Positions 1 through 7,152 of a DNA stretch of 64,000 nucleotides are shown here, piece after piece; the first letter of the stretch is position 1; every line of letters begins with the position of its first letter. The notes under the pieces are model-generated. The model ran no database searches and was not told the DNA's origin. It saw only the letters and a list, made by a program, of their open reading frames with translations. Source of the stretch: a virus; IMG/VR virus record IMGVR_UViG_3300000553_000005, positions 64,001 through 128,000 of that record; one strand, written 5' to 3'. Position numbers and translations under genes: made by a program.

Positions 1-530
1 AGGAGCCTTCGCAAAGCCACCTGGAGCAACTCGTAAAACTCCAAAAAGTATCTTGGTGCTACACTGAGGGAGGCACGTTGTAAGCTCCCGGTCACAGGAA
101 CTACGCTGCAAAATCCAAGACTCACCCTGGACAGGCATGAAGACCAGGGATGTAAATCAGGGTGCCATAACTCGTAAGGGCTGGCGATGAGAAAGGAAGT
201 TGATAGATCGGCAACCACCCAAAAAAATCTAAGGTCGGATGTTTCAGTTGAGAGGCTGAAATGAGCAAAATGACAGTGGGGGAGAGGTCAACAAGACTCA
301 AACGAGAACTCACCATCCGACTAACACGTTTCTTACTGGTCCCATTCACGGTAAGCTGGAGAAAACGGCTACTTGTTCCTGAAACGATAGGGAACTAACA
401 ATCCAGAACCAAGCTGATTGATGCAAAGAAGTTGAATGGGTAATCGTAACGGATACTTGGGACGGAGAAAATGGGGGACCGTGATTACATGAAGCCCATA
501 ACAGAGAAACCCAAGACAAATCTTTCCGCT
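1..530 (+). ncRNA. 3' part of a large, highly structured ncRNA (GOLLD/ROOL-class candidate), truncated by the window start
   Basis: No credible ORF. Dense helices: 234-241 GTCGGATG/314-321 CATCCGAC, 341-348 CCCATTCA/433-440 TGAATGGG, hairpin 242-261 with GAGA loop, CCCTGG/CCAGGG, GTAATC/GATTAC, CTTGGG/CCCAAG. Lies just upstream of a phage tRNA cluster. Confidence 0.6.
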
Positions 531-630
531 ACGTTTATTTTTCTAAAAATTGGGTATTAACACACATAGGAGCAATACATGAGTCGTTTCACCTGAATAA
601 CCTCCAACGCTTAACGTTTGGAGGTGCCTT

Positions 631-768
631 ATGGCCCAATCAGCAAAGCACAGCAAGTCTGTGCAAAAGATGTCCGATGAGCAGTTGCAGTCGGTCATCA
701 GTAGTGGCTCTCTTCTTCACGCTGCGGCTCGTTTTGAGTTGCAGAGAAGGGGGGCTAGCAGGAAGTAA
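631..768 (+). CDS. small basic hypothetical protein, 45 aa (MAQSAKHSKSVQKMSDEQLQ...RRGASRK)
   Basis: GGAGGT SD 5 nt upstream of ATG; open to TAA; below the ORF-track length cutoff. Confidence 0.6.
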   Translation: MAQSAKHSKSVQKMSDEQLQSVISSGSLLHAAARFELQRRGASRK

Positions 769-774
769 CACAAG

Positions 775-848
775 TGGGGTGTAGGCTAATGGTAAACCAG
801 AACCCTTTGAAGGTTCCCTTACAGGTTCAAGTCCTGTCGCCCTAACCA
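775..848 (+). tRNA. tRNA-Gln(TTG)
   Basis: Cloverleaf; anticodon arm GAACC-CTTTGAA-GGTTC; T arm ACAGG-TTCAAGT-CCTGT; encoded CCA. Confidence 0.93.
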
Positions 849-856
849 TCAATGTC

Positions 857-979
857 GCTGAGTTGTTGAATCCTGAAGGATTTGTATCTGCATCGCCTCA
901 GTGGGATGAATGCTGTGAAAACATGATAAAAGGCATTGTGCATTCTCCCAATCGGTATATCCGATTCTCAGCAGCTCCA
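857..979 (+). ncRNA. small structured RNA, unassigned
   Basis: Closing stem GCTGAG/CTCAGC with internal hairpins AATCC-TGAA-GGATT, TGGGA..GAATGC/GCATTC.TCCCA and AATCGG-TATAT-CCGATT; ends ...CTCCA; inside the tRNA cluster. Confidence 0.4.
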
Positions 980-1085
980 TTTCTACCAAGATACCACCCC
1001 AAGTCTTACTAGACTGTTATAATGAAGGGGTTGGAACACGTTAATGGTGAACAGTTTCCAGCTTCCTGCTAAAAAGCTGGCTTAT

Positions 1086-1176
1086 GGCCCCATGGTGAAA
1101 TTGGTAGACACGTTGGCTTCAAATTCCAATGCGAAATAACAGTAGCGTCCCGGTTCGATTCCGGGTGGGGCTACCA
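1086..1176 (+). tRNA. tRNA-Leu(CAA), long variable arm
   Basis: Acceptor GGCCCCA/TGGGGCT, Leu-type D arm, loop TT-CAA-AT (31:39 mismatch), GGTTCGATTCC, A73+CCA. Confidence 0.88.
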
Positions 1177-1180
1177 ACAA

Positions 1181-1876
1181 TCATCTTTTCAAGTATTTTC
1201 TGATAGCATTATCAGACACCCCAAGCTCTTTGGCTAATGCTGTGAAGTTAGAAATTTTTAGTTTATTCAATATCTCTTCTTTTGAGGGCCATTGAATTTT
1301 TGGGGAAGTTGCTCTTGAACACAAAACGCAATTATTAGCTCTTGGGCTAATAATTTTTCCACAGACACACACTTTATGCACCTTTTGCTCTTTTGTCATT
1401 TTTATCATTTTTGGTGTCTTACGTTTATTTCTTCCAGCATGATTCACAGTTTGAGCATGACAGTTAGGGCAAATAATTCTGAGATTAGAAATAAGATTAT
1501 TCTGAGGGTTGCCATCTATATGATCTAATTCAAGGGGGGCCTCTTCTCCGTTCCATTCTGTAAGGTTACAAACAGAACACTCTCTTCTAAATATACCTTC
1601 CTGGAACAATCTATTTTTTAGTTTAAACGATTGAATGGTGAATTTATTAGATAAATAGTCTTGAATATCTCTTTTTGGTTCAAATTTTCTTCCCTTGCTC
1701 CAAAGTTGACCAGTGAAATGAGAGGTATCCACATTCCACTCTTCCACGGCTCTTTTGAATCCTAAGTAAGCTCCCCCGCTTCCTGCTAAATTTAAAGTTA
1801 GCAGCACTTGACGGATACTTAATGAGTTTGCTACAACTTCTTTAAATTGTTCTTCTGTATAGCTTCTTATTTTCAT
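1181..1876 (-). CDS. free-standing HNH homing endonuclease within the tRNA cluster
   Basis: CSVC...LELDHIDGNPQNNLISNLRIICPNCH motif; C-terminal Zn ribbon/HTH; antisense between two Leu tRNAs. Confidence 0.9.
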   Translation of the reverse strand: MKIRSYTEEQFKEVVANSLSIRQVLLTLNLAGSGGAYLGFKRAVEEWNVDTSHFTGQLWSKGRKFEPKRDIQDYLSNKFTIQSFKLKNRLFQEGIFRRECSVCNLTEWNGEEAPLELDHIDGNPQNNLISNLRIICPNCHAQTVNHAGRNKRKTPKMIKMTKEQKVHKVCVCGKIISPRANNCVLCSRATSPKIQWPSKEEILNKLKISNFTALAKELGVSDNAIRKYLKR

Positions 1877-1928
1877 GGTAAACCCTCCATATTACATTGG
1901 AAAGTTTGTTTACCTTTTCTTTTACAAC

Positions 1929-2046
1929 GCCCGAATAGCAGAATTGGCATATGCAATGGACTTATCGACTCCTCTAATGTAGGTGGATGGAGGTAGTCAC
2001 ACCCAAAATCCATGGTTTGCGGGTTCGACTCCCGCTTCGGGCACCA
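1929..2046 (+). tRNA. tRNA-Leu(TAA), short variable arm, with a 41-nt insertion (putative intron ~1964-2004) in the anticodon
   Basis: Perfect acceptor GCCCGAA/TTCGGGC, anticodon stem ATGGA/TCCAT, T arm GCGGG-TTCGACT-CCCGC, ACCA end; removing 41 nt gives loop CT-TAA-AA. Confidence 0.8.
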
Positions 2047-2053
2047 ATTTCAA

Positions 2054-2138
2054 GGGTGAGTAGCTCAGAGAAAGAGCATCTAGTGGTGATTGAGTTCATC
2101 TTAGAAGGTCGGTGGTTCAAGTCCACCCTCATCCACCA
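2054..2138 (+). tRNA. tRNA-like RNA with Ala identity elements (G1-C72, G2-C71, G3.U70, A73) and an extended anticodon arm; anticodon not assignable
   Basis: Acceptor GGGTGAG/CTCATCC, D arm GCTC/GAGC, T arm GGTGG-TTCAAGT-CCACC, ACCA; 17 nt between anticodon-stem strands TCTAG/TTAGA. Confidence 0.75.
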
Positions 2139-2186
2139 ATTTTTGATATTTTCGACTTCTGATCTACTAGTAGAGGTCACTTTAAA

Positions 2187-2381
2187 ATGACTCAGATAAG
2201 AAGGTCAGTCGAAGAAAAAATGATAGCAAAAGCTCACTTAGAGTTTGAAAAAAGAATCACGTTTGCTGCTAAAGAAGCTATTCGTGTGCGTAGAGCTATG
2301 AAATTATGGGGAATCTTAACTACGATAGGTTCTCTTTGCAGCATTCTTCTTTTATTCTTGTATATTTTTAGTAAAAAATAA
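2187..2381 (+). CDS. small membrane protein
   Basis: GAGG SD; C-terminal hydrophobic helix. Confidence 0.6.
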   Translation: MTQIRRSVEEKMIAKAHLEFEKRITFAAKEAIRVRRAMKLWGILTTIGSLCSILLLFLYIFSKK

Positions 2382-2535
2382 ACAAATTTGCGGGTCTTAA
2401 CTCAGAAATGAACAGAGACAGTCGTAACGTGTGGGCCAAGAGGGAAGCACCCTCTCCATCCCGGCAAAATTAGAAAGTCTAGCTAGCTTATCTAAACCCG
2501 CAAACTTTTCAGTATTAACGCTTATAGGAGAAGGA

Positions 2536-3051
2536 ATGCCAACCAAGGATTTCATTCAAGCAGTGAATACTGAATATGCTAAGAGACAATCTTTCTCTCG
2601 TAAAAAATTGGAGAAACCATACAGTTACAGATTCTGGTACCCAATTTTCCCATCTAGCTGGCGTTTGTTTTGCTCTCGCTGGTGGTTACATTGGTTCACT
2701 CTTCATAATTATACACAGTTCTTCTCTATCAAATGGCAGAGAATGACCAGAGGCTACGCCGATGTGGATCTCTGGAACATGAACGACACATTGGCCTATC
2801 TTCTTCATGAGATGGCTGCTGATTTTACGGAAACCCATCACGGTTGTCCTTTCGGAACTACTTCTGAAGAATACCAGGAGCAACTGATTGTTATGGTTAG
2901 TGGTTTTGAAGCCATGTATGAGATGCTTTCAGAAGAAGGGATGCCTGACTACAACACTCCTGAATACAAAGTATGGATAGCTGACAAAGAGACTCGTTGG
3001 GAAGTTGGGATGAAGATCTTCAAAGAAGAATTTTCAGGACTGTGGGACTGA
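2536..3051 (+). CDS. hypothetical phage protein (start revised to MPTKDF)
   Basis: AGGAG SD and AGTATTAA motif upstream of ATG 2536. Confidence 0.7.
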   Translation: MPTKDFIQAVNTEYAKRQSFSRKKLEKPYSYRFWYPIFPSSWRLFCSRWWLHWFTLHNYTQFFSIKWQRMTRGYADVDLWNMNDTLAYLLHEMAADFTETHHGCPFGTTSEEYQEQLIVMVSGFEAMYEMLSEEGMPDYNTPEYKVWIADKETRWEVGMKIFKEEFSGLWD

Positions 3052-3069
3052 AAAATTTCTGAAAATAAG

Positions 3070-3100
3070 TTGCCACAAAACTCTTAGAACACGGTATAAT
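3070..3100 (+). promoter_or_regulatory. sigma70-like (probably early) promoter TTGCCA-N19-TATAAT; representative of about 9 copies
   Basis: Same AAAATAA-TTRCC-N19-(GG)TATAAT layout at ~20575, 28848, 32033, 40682, 53269, 57306 and 59473. Confidence 0.75.
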
Positions 3101-3146
3101 AAAGTATGACAACGAGGCCGATGCCTCTAACTTAAAGGAGCCAACA

Positions 3147-3527
3147 ATGGCGAAGCGTTTTCTTATCAACGGTGTGGAAGTCCTGGCTGAAGATCTTGGC
3201 AGTGGGAAGTGGTGTGCGGTCCCGGTGGATCTCCCTGGCACTATTCTCAAGGTGCTGAGTGGGAAGATCAACATCAATGATTTCCTCAACCCCAGCAATC
3301 TCAACATCCAGCCTCTTGGGGACAAGGAAGAGGCCCAGGATGAGTGTGAGGGTTGCGCGTGTGAACAGGAGGCCCCGGCTCGTAGCAAGTCTAGCAAGAC
3401 CGTGCGCGAGTATCGCAAGGCCGAAGGTATGAACAAGACCGAGATGGCTGATTATCTGGGTGTCAGTCGCCGCACTCTTGGCCGCTGGGAAGATGCTGGC
3501 AAGCTGGCCTCTGAGGTCGGTCTGTAA
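3147..3527 (+). CDS. protein with C-terminal XRE-like helix-turn-helix
   Basis: MNKTEMADYLGVSRRTLGRWE; AGGAG SD. Confidence 0.8.
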   Translation: MAKRFLINGVEVLAEDLGSGKWCAVPVDLPGTILKVLSGKININDFLNPSNLNIQPLGDKEEAQDECEGCACEQEAPARSKSSKTVREYRKAEGMNKTEMADYLGVSRRTLGRWEDAGKLASEVGL

Positions 3528-3621
3528 GTAGAACTTCAGTGCTAGGGGCAAGAGGGACGCAAGAGTAGCGCTTGGCTGCGTCCTTCTGGAACGGCAAGTG
3601 CAAATCCGTCAACTGAACTTC

Positions 3622-3648
3622 AAGACCCCAGGAAACTGGGGTCTTTTT
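3622..3648 (+). terminator. rho-independent terminator
   Basis: AAGACCCCAG-GAAA-CTGGGGTCTT followed by T run. Confidence 0.85.
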
Positions 3649-3650
3649 GT

Positions 3651-3658
3651 AGTATTAA
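3651..3658 (+). promoter_or_regulatory. AGTA(T/A)TA(A) phage promoter-like motif; representative of about 17 copies
   Basis: Recurs a short distance upstream of SD sites or ncRNAs: 553, 2511, 3651, 5221, 8342, 12673, 22030, 24339, 25401, 40722, 43270, 47242, 49719, 50632, 59753, 63563, 63871. Confidence 0.7.
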
Positions 3659-3684
3659 GCATAGAGGCTAATATGGAGGAGAGT

Positions 3685-3867
3685 ATGGAGATTATTAAAA
3701 AAGGAAAATTGCCAGATGACATCGCCTATAAGGGTGAATGCCACTACTGCGGCACCATAGTTCGCTTCAAACGTTCTGAGGGTCATGTGGTATATGACCA
3801 AAGAGATGGTAACTCTGTCTCTGTCTGCTGCCCCCTCTGCCACAACAATATTTACGTAAGCCTTTAA
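3685..3867 (+). CDS. small Zn-ribbon protein
   Basis: CHYC...CPLC; GGAGG SD. Confidence 0.7.
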   Translation: MEIIKKGKLPDDIAYKGECHYCGTIVRFKRSEGHVVYDQRDGNSVSVCCPLCHNNIYVSL

Positions 3868-3877
3868 AGGAGAGAAA

Positions 3878-4108
3878 ATGTTAAGTCTTGAATCAGTCAT
3901 GAAACGAACCGAAATTGAGTATGAAAAGGTCACTGGGGTAAAAGGAGTTCATTCTGAGCAAATAAAGGCCCTTGCTGCCGCTCTGGTAGGTGAAATCAAC
4001 ATAGAGCTTCAAGGTATTCACGATAGTCTTACCGGGGCTTACAAGCTAGCCAGGAAGCTAGATGGTGAGATAGCTGGTTCTGTTAGAATCATAGGGGGAA
4101 GACATTAA
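3878..4108 (+). CDS. hypothetical protein
   Basis: AGGAG SD; operon packing. Confidence 0.65.
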   Translation: MLSLESVMKRTEIEYEKVTGVKGVHSEQIKALAAALVGEINIELQGIHDSLTGAYKLARKLDGEIAGSVRIIGGRH

Positions 4109-4389
4109 TGTTAGATGGAACTGAATACTTTGAATGTGCTTGCGGGGGTGATGAACACACTCTCCGTTTCATTATTGATAAAGAAGATAAAAGACTATAC
4201 ACTTCTGTATTCCTTAATGATTACCAATCTATTTGGAAGCGTGTTTGGATCGCCATTAAATATATTTTTGGCTATAAGTGCCAGTATGGTCATTGGGATT
4301 ACTGGATCATGCGTTACGAAGATATTCCTAGAATGAGAGAGATGCTAGACAAAATGGATGGGGCAGACCCAACTAAGGAGAAATCGTGA
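4108..4389 (+). CDS. hypothetical phage protein
   Basis: TAATG overlap; CxC..EH and RVWIAIKYIFG..YGHW motifs typical of a phage family. Confidence 0.7.
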   Translation: MLDGTEYFECACGGDEHTLRFIIDKEDKRLYTSVFLNDYQSIWKRVWIAIKYIFGYKCQYGHWDYWIMRYEDIPRMREMLDKMDGADPTKEKS

Positions 4390-4751
4390 TAGGTTCAATC
4401 TTAGCTTTAATCTGGCTCCATTTCATTGCTGATTTTGTGCTTCAGACTGATAAGATGGCTATCAATAAGAGTTCCAACAATCTGTGGCTCGGTTTTCATG
4501 TTCTGGTTTACACAACGGTCCTTCTTCTTTTTGGTTGGCAGTTTGCCCTGTTGAATGGAGTTGCTCACTTCTTAACAGATTGGATAACTTCTAGGGTAAC
4601 TTCCTATCTTTGGAAAAAAGAAAAGCGTCATTGGTTTTTTACAGTTATAGGCTTGGATCAGGCCATTCACATGACCACTCTTATCCTTATATTTAACTAC
4701 TTTTTTAAGAATTTCATCCATATGCCTCTAGTCAGTTGGATAATGAAGTAA
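4386..4751 (+). CDS. DUF3307-like membrane protein
   Basis: HFIADFVLQ, H..VY, HFLTD and DQAIH motifs. Confidence 0.8.
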   Translation: MIGSILALIWLHFIADFVLQTDKMAINKSSNNLWLGFHVLVYTTVLLLFGWQFALLNGVAHFLTDWITSRVTSYLWKKEKRHWFFTVIGLDQAIHMTTLILIFNYFFKNFIHMPLVSWIMK

Positions 4752-4787
4752 GTATACAACTTTTCTCTCCTTTTATTGGAGGGAAAA

Positions 4788-5180
4788 ATGTTGAGTCATA
4801 TAATTAATGTAGTTTATAGTGTTTTTAGGGAAAAATTAGTAAAAAAGGTAACAAGAAGTCCTGAATGGCCGAAAGTCGAGAAAGAACATCTTGAGTCTCA
4901 ACCATTTTGTGCAGCGTGTGGGGGAAAGGACCGACTTCAAGTTCATCATCAGCAGCCTTTCCACTCTGATCCAGCTTTGGAACTTGATCCTCATAATCTT
5001 ATAACTCTTTGTATGTCTACATTAGAGTGCCACCTCCGAATCGGCCACGGTGGCTCATTTAAGCAATATAACCCAAACGTTGTAGCTGATTGTATAACTC
5101 TCACCCTTCACCCCGATCAGAGATCTGTTATTGAAAAGAAAGCTTTTGACTCAAGAAAACCGAATGAACCTGGAGATTAA
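4788..5180 (+). CDS. HNH endonuclease
   Basis: CAACG...LQVHH...NLITLC...CHLRIGH. Confidence 0.85.
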   Translation: MLSHIINVVYSVFREKLVKKVTRSPEWPKVEKEHLESQPFCAACGGKDRLQVHHQQPFHSDPALELDPHNLITLCMSTLECHLRIGHGGSFKQYNPNVVADCITLTLHPDQRSVIEKKAFDSRKPNEPGD

Positions 5181-5269
5181 GGCTTAAAATTTGCGTATCG
5201 TTTTTTCTTCTCGGTAATTGAGTATTAACACAAGAGGGACGAGTTCCCCCCATTTTAAAGGAGCATTAC

Positions 5270-5482
5270 ATGGCAAGACATACTGGTAACCGCTGGACTA
5301 ATTACAGCACTGCTACACTCGTTGATATGGCTGCGGCTGGCTACACTCGCTCTGAGATCGCCACCCGCCTTCAGCGCACTCCCATCGCTATCAAGCGTAA
5401 GATGCATTCCTTGAAGTATCATTTTGTTCGTAATTTGAATTTCGGTCAGTTTGCAAATATTGTCCTTAATTCTAATGAGTAA
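5270..5482 (+). CDS. small HTH protein resembling a GcrA N-terminal domain
   Basis: WTNYSTATLVDMAAAGYTRSEIATRLQRTPIAIKRKMHSL; AGGAG SD. Confidence 0.6.
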   Translation: MARHTGNRWTNYSTATLVDMAAAGYTRSEIATRLQRTPIAIKRKMHSLKYHFVRNLNFGQFANIVLNSNE

Positions 5483-5490
5483 ATTTTTTG

Positions 5491-5587
5491 CCTTGGGCGG
5501 CGTGGACAGATCAGCCTTCAAGCACAGTAAGGCCAGCCTTGTGCTGGTTACGGACTAACGCTGGTGTAAACGAAACCCGCTCCAAGG
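5491..5587 (+). ncRNA. small structured RNA, unassigned
   Basis: Closing stem CCTTGG-GCGG/CCGC-T-CCAAGG; internal AGCACA/TGTGCT; immediately 5' of tRNA-Lys. Confidence 0.4.
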
Positions 5588-5601
5588 TAAAAGACTACTA
5601 T

Positions 5602-5679
5602 GGTCCCATAACTCAGGCCGGATAGAGTACCGCCCTTTTAAGGCGAAAGTCACAGGTTCAAATCCTGTTGGGATCACCA
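5602..5679 (+). tRNA. tRNA-Lys(TTT)
   Basis: Acceptor GGTCCCA/TGGGATC, anticodon CGCC-CTTTTAA-GGCG, GGTTCAAATCC, ACCA. Confidence 0.92.
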
Positions 5680-5698
5680 TTTTTCTTATGGGGAAGTC

Positions 5699-7123
5699 AT
5701 GAAGCTGAATTTGGGTTGCGGATTTAACCATTTAGAAGGATTTGTCAATGTAGATCAGCACCCTTCAACCGGTGCTGATTTCATTTGGAATCTTGAAACT
5801 CTCCCTTGGCCGTGGGAGGATAGCTCTGTAGAAGAAATTCAATTAACTCATGTTCTTGAGCATATTGGACAGCAAACAAATAAATACTTGGCTATCATTA
5901 AAGAAATCTATAGAGTTTGTGCCCCGGATGCTAGGGTTACTATTGAAGTCCCTCATCCTTTGCACCCCGATTACTTAGGTGATCCTACTCATTGTAGACC
6001 AGTGACTTATGAAAGTCTTCGTCTGTTTGATTTAGATTTTGCTGATATGCTTATTGCTCATCATAGCCCTGGAACCCCCTTAGCTAGGTTTATGAAAGTT
6101 GATCTTCAAGTAGTAGACCATTTACAATTTTTTGATTCAGACAGAGGGATTCTTCAAGTAAGCAGAATGATTTTGAGAGTTAAGAAGCCATTTAGGGAAT
6201 TACCAGAAGAAATTTCTATCTGTGAAATGAGTATGGGCCTAGGGGATATTTGCATGGCTTTGTGTGTAGCTAAAGCTCTGGCTCATAAAAATTACAAGAT
6301 ACATTTTGTTACGATACCTAAATGGCACGATCTTATCAAGGCTTGCCCACACGTTAGTTCCGTTAGTTCTAAACAGACTGCTAAGGATATTTATCTTTCC
6401 CCTGCTTGGTTCCAACTTCAAGCTGCCCATCAGGTAGACACTTTATTAAAAGCTTGCGGAGTGACTGATGTTTCTAACCATTTTAAATCTTTAGATTTAA
6501 ATATTTCCCCTTCTGTTCTTGAAAATATTCAAACAAGATTTCCTGGAAATAAAAGAATAGCCATTAATCCTGCTTGTAATACAGAGAATCGTAGGTGGCC
6601 TATTGAATATTGGAAAGAATTAGTTCGTTTACTTCAAACTTCAGGAATAGAAGTATGTTCTTTAGGGATGACATCTTGGTATGGAGTTAATAATTCTCAT
6701 CAATTTGAAGGAGTCACTAATGTTTTTGATCTCTCTACTTTTGAAGCTATAGCTTTTTTACGACAATGTAAAGTATTAGTTTCGGGAGATTCAGGTCCAA
6801 TTCAACTGGCCGGGGCTACTGATTGCGGTATTGTAGGATTATACTCAGTTGTCTCGTCCCAATGGAGGCTACCTTTCCGTCATGGAGAATTAGGATGGAA
6901 CGCTATTGGATTAAATTCTACCTGTCCTCATGCTCCCTGCTTCCCTAAATTAGTGAAGGATACAAATTTTTTATGGTCCAATGAAGCTCAAGCTTCTCTC
7001 AATTCTGGGGTATCTATGGGTGATCTTGTTAGAAATTGGTGCCCCAACGGTGCTATCACTTGTATGCAAGAAATTCCGGTATCTATGGTATATGATTCGG
7101 TTATGAAATTATGGAATACTTAA
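5699..7123 (+). CDS. class I SAM methyltransferase-like domain fused to a GT9 (heptosyltransferase-like) glycosyltransferase
   Basis: LNLGCG..VNVD..HVLEH..DPTH in the N-terminus; GLGD, RRWPIEYW and SGDSGPIQLA in the C-terminus. Confidence 0.8.
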   Translation: MKLNLGCGFNHLEGFVNVDQHPSTGADFIWNLETLPWPWEDSSVEEIQLTHVLEHIGQQTNKYLAIIKEIYRVCAPDARVTIEVPHPLHPDYLGDPTHCRPVTYESLRLFDLDFADMLIAHHSPGTPLARFMKVDLQVVDHLQFFDSDRGILQVSRMILRVKKPFRELPEEISICEMSMGLGDICMALCVAKALAHKNYKIHFVTIPKWHDLIKACPHVSSVSSKQTAKDIYLSPAWFQLQAAHQVDTLLKACGVTDVSNHFKSLDLNISPSVLENIQTRFPGNKRIAINPACNTENRRWPIEYWKELVRLLQTSGIEVCSLGMTSWYGVNNSHQFEGVTNVFDLSTFEAIAFLRQCKVLVSGDSGPIQLAGATDCGIVGLYSVVSSQWRLPFRHGELGWNAIGLNSTCPHAPCFPKLVKDTNFLWSNEAQASLNSGVSMGDLVRNWCPNGAITCMQEIPVSMVYDSVMKLWNT

Positions 7124-7152
7124 TTTCCACCTCTTTATAAGAGAGGTGAACT

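Noticed and set aside
1086-1176. Reading CTTCAAA as a TCA (Sec/opal suppressor) anticodon
   Set aside because: That register destroys the anticodon stem. The CAA register gives four Watson-Crick pairs with Leu-type D and variable arms.
122-2190. Track ORFs 122-349, 640-852, 1974-2180 and 1987-2190
   Set aside because: They overlap tRNAs or structured RNA, have no SD, and lack protein-like features.
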